From: Chitinophagaceae bacterium
Lineage (GTDB): Bacteria > Bacteroidota > Bacteroidia > Chitinophagales > Chitinophagaceae
Length of the DNA: 64,000 nucleotides
NCBI GenBank assembly: GCA_043788195.1
Contig: JAYVUE010000024.1
Location: forward strand, 13,265 to 77,264
Reading direction: 5' to 3'
Shown piece by piece: positions 57,016 through 64,000 of the stretch; within the stretch, counting starts at the first letter, position 1, and each line of letters opens with the position of its first letter. The notes beneath the pieces were generated by a model. It was not told the origin of the DNA. It saw only the letters and a list, made by a program, of their open reading frames with translations, and made no database searches. A program made the translations under genes and the position numbers.

Positions 57016-60000
57016 ATGAAACAATTTACACTGACAAAATTTTTTATTACAATTATTCTATTATCATCCGCAAATTTATTTGCACAATCATATGATGCAA
57101 AATATTTCAATAGTATGCAATGGAGAATGATAGGCCCCCATCGTGGAGGCAGAACAGTGGGGGCTGTAGGTGTTCCTTCTCAACCAAATGTATTTTATAT
57201 CGGCGTAAATAACGGTGGCGTGTGGAAGACAAATGATTTTGGCAGAACATGGAAACCTATTTTTGATGATCAGCCAACAGGTTCAATAGGAGATGTTGTT
57301 GTTTCGCCAAGCAACCCCGATGTAATTTATGTTGGCAGCGGTGAAGGAATCCAACGCCCCGATCTTTCCGTAGGCGATGGAATATATAAATCAACAGATG
57401 GTGGAAAAACATGGATCAACACCGGACTTAAAGATGGCCTGCAAATCGGGGGGCTAGCCATCGATCCTAAAAATGAGAACCGCGTTTTTGCTGCCGTGCT
57501 TGGGCATCCTTACGGACCCAATATAGAACGTGGAGTTTATCGTACCATTGATGGCGGGCAACACTGGGAAAAGGTTTTATATAAAGATGAAAACACCGGT
57601 GCCATTCAGGTTACCATCGATCCTAATAACAGCAATATTATTTATGCCGATATGTGGGCCGGGCGTCAAGGCCCTTGGGAAAACGGTGCCTGGAACGGTA
57701 CAGAAAGCGGGCTTTTTAAATCAATAGACGGTGGTACCACATGGAAAAAATTAACAGCCGGATTACCAACAACTGAACAAGGCCTTGGAAGAATTGGATT
57801 TTGCATTGCTCCCTCCAATTCAAATCGTTTATACGCCACCGTAGATGCAGGCAAAATGGGTGGCATTTACAGGAGTGATGATGCAGGTGAATCATGGATA
57901 AATATAAATGCAGACGAACGCCTTTGGGGAAGAGGCAGTGATTTTGCAGAAGTGAAAGCAGACCCTAAAAATGCAGATATCGTTTATACAGCCGATGTAG
58001 TGGTATGGAAAAGTACAGATGGCGGAAAAACATGGAAAGCTTTTCGTGGTGCACCCGGTGGAGATGATTATCACAGGATCTGGATCAATCCCGACAACAC
58101 AAATATTATTTTAATTGCCAGCGACCAGGGAGCGATAATCACTGTAAACGGTGGCGAAACTTTTTCATCCTGGTACAACCAGCCCACTGCCCAGTTTTAT
58201 CATGTAAGTGCTGATAATGCATTCCCATACAATGTTTACAGCGGCCAGCAGGAAAGCGGATCTGTGGGTATTGCCTCACGTGGTAATGACGGACACATCA
58301 ATTTCCGCGACTGGCACCCTGTATCAGCAGAAGAATATGGTTATGTAGTAGCCGATCCATTGGACAATAATATTATCTATGGCGGAAAAATTTCCAGGTA
58401 TGATAAACGTAACGGGCAATCGCAGAATATTTCTCCTGAAGCAGTACGCAGCGGTAAATACCGTTTCTTAAGAACAGCTCCTGTTTTATTCAATCCTATT
58501 GATAAAAAAACATTGTATTATGCCGGTAATGTTCTGTTTAAAACAAAAAATGGTGGAATGAACTGGGATATCATCAGCCCTGATCTGTCGAGAGAAAGTT
58601 GGGATATACCAGCAAGCGTTGGCATTTATACAAAAGAGGATATGAAAAAAATGCCAAGGCGTGGAGTTATTTATACTGTTGCCCCATCGTACATTGATAC
58701 CAATACAATTTGGTGTGGTACTGATGATGGACAGATACAGGTTACCCGTGACGGCGGAAAAATATGGACAAATGTTACCCCTCCTACTATTACAAGCTGG
58801 AGTAAAATATCATTGATGGATGCCAGTCATACTGATGTAAATACCGCTTATGCTGCGGTTAACCGTATCCGTTTAGATGACCTGAAACCTCATATTTATA
58901 AAACAACGGATGGTGGAAAAACATGGGTAGCAATAGTTAATGGATTACCCTATGACCCGATCAATGTTGTAAAAGAAGATCCGATCAGGAAAGGATTATT
59001 ATTTGCAGGAAGTGAAAGAGCCGTTTATGTTTCTTTTAATGACGGCGAAAACTGGCAAAGCCTTAGATTGAATATGCCGGCCACTTCTATCCGCGACCTG
59101 GTGATTAAAGATGATGACCTTGTGATTGGCACACATGGCAGAAGTTTTTGGATACTGGATGATATGACATCGCTGCGGCAACTTACTGATCAGCTTATTA
59201 ACTCATCCCATATTCTTTACAAACCACAAACAGCCTACCGCGTAAGATGGAATATGAACCCCGATACACCGATACCACAGGAAGAACCTGCCGGACAAAA
59301 TCCGCCGGATGGGGCTGTCATTAATTATTACCTTGATAAAAAAGCATCGGCTGTTAGTTTGGAAATTTATGGTCCTGCCGGAAATCTTATCCGTAAATAT
59401 TCCAATAAAGACACACTATATAAAATTCCGGATGTAAATATTCCATTCTATTGGATCCGTCCGCAACAAATTCTTTCTGCAGAAGCAGGTTCGCATCGGT
59501 TTACCTGGGATATGCATTTTACACCATTAAATGTTCCGGCCTCCTATCCTATTGCAGCAACTTATTTGAACACCGCACCCAATGAAACATCGCCATGGGT
59601 AACGCCCGGGATTTATACTGCTAAACTTACTGTTGATGAAAAAACATATGCTCAATTGTTTGAGGTAAAAATGGATCCAAGGGTAAGTACCAGTAACTCC
59701 GATCTTGAAGGGATCCGTAACCTGGCTTTTTTATGTTATGATGGCAGACGAAGATGTATGCAGTTATTAAACCAGGTAAACAATCTGCACCAGCAGATAA
59801 AAGATCTGTTGCCAAAAGCCAATCCTGTTCTTGTCAAACAACTAAATGAATTTGAAAATAAATTGTCCGCACTTGAAAAAAATGAACCGGGTAACCCTAA
59901 CCGTGGAATTAATAAAATGAACAACGATTTTGCCGGGCTTTTTAACATCATTAACGATAGTGACATGCTCCCCACTACGCAAACAACTGAAGCCGCTTTA

Positions 60001-60117
60001 AAGACAAAATCGGATATGGAATTATTATTGATAAAATGGATGGGGCTAAAACAAAATGAAATAAAAACACTGAATATAGATCTTGCCAATGCCAAACTGC
60101 CGGCGTTGAATCAGTAA
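57016..60117 (+). CDS. Secreted BNR/Asp-box repeat (VPS10-like) glycosyl hydrolase-like protein
   Basis: Signal peptide; WRMIGPHRGGR; many S/T.DGG.TW Asp-boxes. Confidence 0.85.
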   Translation: MKQFTLTKFFITIILLSSANLFAQSYDAKYFNSMQWRMIGPHRGGRTVGAVGVPSQPNVFYIGVNNGGVWKTNDFGRTWKPIFDDQPTGSIGDVVVSPSNPDVIYVGSGEGIQRPDLSVGDGIYKSTDGGKTWINTGLKDGLQIGGLAIDPKNENRVFAAVLGHPYGPNIERGVYRTIDGGQHWEKVLYKDENTGAIQVTIDPNNSNIIYADMWAGRQGPWENGAWNGTESGLFKSIDGGTTWKKLTAGLPTTEQGLGRIGFCIAPSNSNRLYATVDAGKMGGIYRSDDAGESWININADERLWGRGSDFAEVKADPKNADIVYTADVVVWKSTDGGKTWKAFRGAPGGDDYHRIWINPDNTNIILIASDQGAIITVNGGETFSSWYNQPTAQFYHVSADNAFPYNVYSGQQESGSVGIASRGNDGHINFRDWHPVSAEEYGYVVADPLDNNIIYGGKISRYDKRNGQSQNISPEAVRSGKYRFLRTAPVLFNPIDKKTLYYAGNVLFKTKNGGMNWDIISPDLSRESWDIPASVGIYTKEDMKKMPRRGVIYTVAPSYIDTNTIWCGTDDGQIQVTRDGGKIWTNVTPPTITSWSKISLMDASHTDVNTAYAAVNRIRLDDLKPHIYKTTDGGKTWVAIVNGLPYDPINVVKEDPIRKGLLFAGSERAVYVSFNDGENWQSLRLNMPATSIRDLVIKDDDLVIGTHGRSFWILDDMTSLRQLTDQLINSSHILYKPQTAYRVRWNMNPDTPIPQEEPAGQNPPDGAVINYYLDKKASAVSLEIYGPAGNLIRKYSNKDTLYKIPDVNIPFYWIRPQQILSAEAGSHRFTWDMHFTPLNVPASYPIAATYLNTAPNETSPWVTPGIYTAKLTVDEKTYAQLFEVKMDPRVSTSNSDLEGIRNLAFLCYDGRRRCMQLLNQVNNLHQQIKDLLPKANPVLVKQLNEFENKLSALEKNEPGNPNRGINKMNNDFAGLFNIINDSDMLPTTQTTEAALKTKSDMELLLIKWMGLKQNEIKTLNIDLANAKLPALNQ

Positions 60118-60129
60118 AATGAAAAACAA

Positions 60130-60870
60130 ATGAGTTTTTTTACAACACTTATATTTGGCACCAACCGGCCCGAAAGCAAACCGCGTAGTGTTTACCAAAA
60201 AGAAATAATTGCCTTAAGACGAATATGGAGTAATAAGGCTTATAATGATTTTGGGCTGGAGAGGATACTGCGGCTAACACTTCAGTTACTATCATTTATT
60301 ATGCCCGGCACCATCATTCGCCAATTATGTGGCAGAAAACATTTACTGTTTAGAAAAGTAGTGATCGAAATATACAGCCTGTTTAAAATAAGTTGGTACT
60401 TTTTTTTGTTTAAAATGGACTTTACAACTTCCTTAATTGGACTTGTAATTTCCATCATTCTAACTATCGATACGGTACATTTCATGTTCAGTAAAGTATT
60501 TCTTAATGATATCCACCAACAGCCGATCAGTTTCAAGCGAACACTTTTAATGACATTGATCAATATAGTTGAAGTGATACTTTGCTTTGCTTTCATTTAT
60601 TCATATATCGATGACACAAACAATGTGCCCGGAAAATTTGCTTTTTCAACAGGACATACATTAACAGACCTTCAAACTATTTATTTCAGTTTTATAACTT
60701 CTGCTACCATTGGTTATGGCGATATTGCACCAACCAATCCGATAGTAATAAAATTGGTAGTACTTCAGATCATGCTATCTCTTTTCTTTTTGGTAATTGT
60801 GATCACTACTATTACCAACCGGTTGCATGATGATACTTTTTATAACAAGCGAAAAGAAACTTACCGCTAA
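60130..60870 (+). CDS. Potassium channel family protein (Ion_trans_2)
   Basis: YFSFITSATIGYGDIAP pore/selectivity filter. Confidence 0.88.
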   Translation: MSFFTTLIFGTNRPESKPRSVYQKEIIALRRIWSNKAYNDFGLERILRLTLQLLSFIMPGTIIRQLCGRKHLLFRKVVIEIYSLFKISWYFFLFKMDFTTSLIGLVISIILTIDTVHFMFSKVFLNDIHQQPISFKRTLLMTLINIVEVILCFAFIYSYIDDTNNVPGKFAFSTGHTLTDLQTIYFSFITSATIGYGDIAPTNPIVIKLVVLQIMLSLFFLVIVITTITNRLHDDTFYNKRKETYR

Positions 60871-60920
60871 ATATTAATATATCACTTTGCCAAAGTTTTA
60901 CCTGGTGGTAAATCTTTATT

Positions 60921-62000
60921 ATGCAGGAAAAAATACATTTAAAGGGATTGAACGGGTTAAGAGCTATTGCGGCACTTAGTGTAGTATTATCACATGTTGC
61001 ATTACCGGGTATTAATCTTCCTTATCTGATCCCACTGGCCAGCCTTGCTCAATATGGAGTAACAATATTTTTTACTTTAAGTGGTTTCCTGATCACATTT
61101 CTTTTATTTAAAGAAAAAATAAAAACAGGAGTCAATATCAAAAAATTTTATATCCGGCGCATTTTAAGGATATGGCCATTGTATTTTGCCTATTTGCTTT
61201 TAGTAATAGCAATTTCATTTATCGCTGATCATGGTAAATTACCTGCACTTTTGCCATGGTATTTATTTTTTGCGGCCAATGTGCCTGCTATGCTTCATAT
61301 TTATATCCCGTTTTTATCTCATTACTGGACGTTGGGTGTTGAGGAACAATTTTATATTTTTTGGCCATGGATTATTAAAAAATCTTCAAAGATTTTAAAA
61401 GCTTTGATTATTTTTACTGTATGTTTTTTTGCATTGAAATTTTTTTTCCGTTTCATCTATTTTCAATGGGGTAATATCACTCCTTTATTTATTCTTTCAA
61501 TCAATCGGTTTGAATGTATGTCATTAGGTGGAATTGCAGCATTATTATGCCTGCATGGTCATCGGTCTTTTTTACAAATAACAACACACCGGATCACAGA
61601 AATTATTTGCTGGCTTTGCCTTGGAGTTATGTGTGTAAACAAATTTTACATTACACCATTACTTGACCATGATATTGCTGCACTTGTTACCGTTGGTTTG
61701 ATCATAAATCAAAGTTTCAACAAAAGGCCACTCATCAACCTGGAGAACCGGTTTTTTGATTTTTTAGGGAAATTATCTTATGGCATATATATCATTCATC
61801 CGTTGGTTATTTATTACTACTATTTATTATTGAGCCTTTTTAAATTTGAAGATCTAACAAAAGTAATTGTGTTTTACATTGGTTCGGTATTGATAACAAT
61901 TTTTATTGCCTGGTTATCCTATGAATTTTTTGAGAAAAGATTCCTGCGGATGAAAGACAGGTTCAGTGTAGTAAAAAGTTCAGATAGTAAGTTCAATTAA
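60921..62000 (+). CDS. Acyltransferase-3 (OafA-like) membrane O-acyltransferase
   Basis: LNGLRAIA, FFTLSGFLI, FYIRRILRIWP, WTLGVEEQFY, SYGIYIIH. Confidence 0.92.
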   Translation: MQEKIHLKGLNGLRAIAALSVVLSHVALPGINLPYLIPLASLAQYGVTIFFTLSGFLITFLLFKEKIKTGVNIKKFYIRRILRIWPLYFAYLLLVIAISFIADHGKLPALLPWYLFFAANVPAMLHIYIPFLSHYWTLGVEEQFYIFWPWIIKKSSKILKALIIFTVCFFALKFFFRFIYFQWGNITPLFILSINRFECMSLGGIAALLCLHGHRSFLQITTHRITEIICWLCLGVMCVNKFYITPLLDHDIAALVTVGLIINQSFNKRPLINLENRFFDFLGKLSYGIYIIHPLVIYYYYLLLSLFKFEDLTKVIVFYIGSVLITIFIAWLSYEFFEKRFLRMKDRFSVVKSSDSKFN

Positions 62001-62011
62001 AATAATTTATA

Positions 62012-63751
62012 CTATTTTTTTTCTTTACATTTTTCTAAAAAATCTTTTATTCCTAAAATAATTTTATCCGCTATTTGTTGCTGAAATTCTTCATCCAGTA
62101 TTTTCATCTCTTCTTCAGGGTTACTTAAAAAAAGCATTTCCACCAATGCGTTGGGATATTCAATGGGGCTGTTAAGCATAAAGTTAAATGAGCCGGTATT
62201 TCCATATTCTTTTAACCCCAACTCCAGCATGCGTTTATAAATATCAAGGCTCAGGTTACGAAAGCCGACATAACGGTAATATGTACTTGTACCACCCACA
62301 TGTATAGGATCTGCCGCAGAGTTAAGGTGTAAGCTTACTAAAAGATCGGGCACACTATCGCGGTAAAATAAAATGCGGTCTTTATTGTCAACAAATTTTT
62401 CAGTGCTCCTTGTCATGATCACTTTAACACCAAGTGCCGTCAGTGTTTTCTGCAGCTTTAACGAAACGGCCAGGGTAAGCATTTTTTCTGATGAACCCGT
62501 TGGGCCTCCGGCACCCGTGTTGCTGCCGCCATGTCCTGCATCAACAGCAATGGTTAAATTGCTTATTGATAAATTTTCAGGTTGCCTTTTTATTTTTATT
62601 ACGAGTGTATTGCCTTTGTAATAGACCAGGTGGCCCCAGTGCTGCCGATGTTTTAGTTCAATAGTGATCCTAAAAACTTCGTCTTCTATCTGCTCGTAAG
62701 AAACGTTTTTTATTTCCTTTACATTTTCCAATTGTGTGATCCAGTTGGTATTATTGGTGGCGCCAAAAATATCAACAATAATTTTTGATGGGTCTACCAG
62801 TTGAAATGACTGGTATGGTAACCTGGAAAATAATCCAACATTTACATAATCAAATGCCGAATCACCAAATATACGCCATGTGTCTGTGAGAGACTCAGGG
62901 CTAAAAGTACCCTTGGGTAAAAACTGTATAAGATCATCAGGAATAAATGCAGAGTGATATTTAGATAACTTCACTTTATAATTGCTGCCAACCTTACCCG
63001 TTACATTTAATAATACCAACGAATCAAGGTAACCGATCTTGGCCCCGCCCAATCTGTCATCTCCCAAACCAAATAACAAATGCGCCAACCTGCCTTTTGT
63101 AACAGCAATATTGGGCGCCAATGGACCAAACATTGAAACCCACGTTGTAGTTTGTTTTGTAATTGTATTCCCGGTTTTATCAGTAAGCGTTATCGGTATT
63201 TTTGAAACTAAGAAGCTATCTGTTTCTTTTATCGTATACTCTCCCTGGTAAATACCCGGCATCTTATTTTTGAGCATTTCATACAAAGGAATATTGCTAT
63301 TGGCTGTAATAGTACAACCGGTTAATGCCTTTACTATAAATTTTATTTTATCCCCGGCCTGAACAAATAAATTTCCTTCAGGAAAAGTTTCAATGCTTGC
63401 AATCTCCGGCAATTTGACAGTATCAGGTGGTAACGGCAATGAATAATGATAAATTATTTTTTTGTCCATGGATCTGTCCGGCGCAGCAAAAGCTATTATA
63501 TTAAATGAAGTGTCGCCTGGTTTTAAATTTAGTTCGTAGGCAAATGCACCTGTTGAATAAACTTTTACAGGTTTTCCATTAATTGTAAGGTTACAATTTT
63601 TACAAGTATTGCCTATTAAAAAATGCTTTGCTGTTTTTGTATTAATGATCTCTTTTGTTGGATCAACCAATCTTATAAACGGTTTATCGGTATTTTGAGA
63701 AAAGCCAAATTTAAAAACAGACGCCAATAATATTGTACATATAAATTTCAT
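62012..63751 (-). CDS. N-acetylmuramoyl-L-alanine amidase (Amidase_3) with N-terminal accessory domains
   Basis: VDAGHGG, SEK, SLHLNS, LVEMLFLSN; signal peptide from MKFICTILL (ATG 63751). Confidence 0.9.
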   Translation of the reverse strand: MKFICTILLASVFKFGFSQNTDKPFIRLVDPTKEIINTKTAKHFLIGNTCKNCNLTINGKPVKVYSTGAFAYELNLKPGDTSFNIIAFAAPDRSMDKKIIYHYSLPLPPDTVKLPEIASIETFPEGNLFVQAGDKIKFIVKALTGCTITANSNIPLYEMLKNKMPGIYQGEYTIKETDSFLVSKIPITLTDKTGNTITKQTTTWVSMFGPLAPNIAVTKGRLAHLLFGLGDDRLGGAKIGYLDSLVLLNVTGKVGSNYKVKLSKYHSAFIPDDLIQFLPKGTFSPESLTDTWRIFGDSAFDYVNVGLFSRLPYQSFQLVDPSKIIVDIFGATNNTNWITQLENVKEIKNVSYEQIEDEVFRITIELKHRQHWGHLVYYKGNTLVIKIKRQPENLSISNLTIAVDAGHGGSNTGAGGPTGSSEKMLTLAVSLKLQKTLTALGVKVIMTRSTEKFVDNKDRILFYRDSVPDLLVSLHLNSAADPIHVGGTSTYYRYVGFRNLSLDIYKRMLELGLKEYGNTGSFNFMLNSPIEYPNALVEMLFLSNPEEEMKILDEEFQQQIADKIILGIKDFLEKCKEKK

Positions 63752-63815
63752 TGAGGAAAGGTAAAAAGAAATTAAAGTATAAGCCATAATTTATTTATAA
63801 ATAAAGCCTCTAATT

Positions 63816-63867
63816 GCACGAATTAACACGAATAAAAACATTACTGGCCATTCGTGTTATTGGTGGC
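63816..63867. repeat. Short inverted 9-bp-type repeat pair
   Basis: CACGAATTAACACGAAT ... ATTCGTGTTATTGGTG. Confidence 0.5.
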
Positions 63868-63928
63868 TGTATATTTATAGCCGAAGGTTATAAAAAATTG
63901 ACTACGAGAAAAAAAACGCCTTTTCTTT

Positions 63929-63953
63929 GTTTATCCTGAGCAGAGTCGAAGGG
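63929..63953. repeat. REP-like element
   Basis: GTTTATCCTGAGCAGAGTCGAAGGG resembles the common CCTGAGCnnAGTCGAAGG Bacteroidota repeat. Confidence 0.5.
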
Positions 63954-64000
63954 CTCTTCTTTGTTCTCTTCGCCAAAAAAAAAGCCACCGCATATCGGTG

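Overview
AT-rich Bacteroidota chromosome segment (Chitinophagaceae-like, judged from TAnnTTTG promoter boxes, a T9SS type-B C-terminal domain and typical short repeats). All family calls come from motif recognition in the translations, not from database searches. The housekeeping backbone holds ligA, obgE, fabH, ctaA, rnhB, asd, korB and others, plus a phenylacetyl-CoA (paa) cluster with a TetR regulator and two matching operators. Two accessory regions stand out. (1) 1-7.8 kb: a metacaspase missed by the ORF track, an amidohydrolase, a protein-glutaminase-like enzyme, an MmeI-type R-M remnant, a 71-aa amphipathic two-Cys peptide, and a four-gene module (protein ending NHGELCPQKCD, multi-TM protein, sensor-less histidine kinase, NarL regulator) that looks like an uncharacterised signalling system. 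(2) 36.6-50.5 kb: ten co-directional minus-strand genes with no visible signal peptides, encoding a DNase II with a histone-H1-like tail, a nucleoside phosphorylase/UDG-like Cys-rich fusion, two EthD-like paralogs, two VioB-type ferritin-like proteins (one fused to a flavoprotein small subunit), a calcineurin-like phosphoesterase, a tandem DUF1566 protein and a GMC oxidoreductase. This is the best candidate for an undescribed system. In addition, three four-helix-bundle (IVP/Avd-like) genes sit between mutually inverted 7- or 9-bp repeat arrays, an 'empty' 9-bp array lies between paaB and paaC, and REP-like and heptamer repeats are inserted in frame in several core genes. No rRNA, tRNA, CRISPR array, integrase or transposase was recognised.
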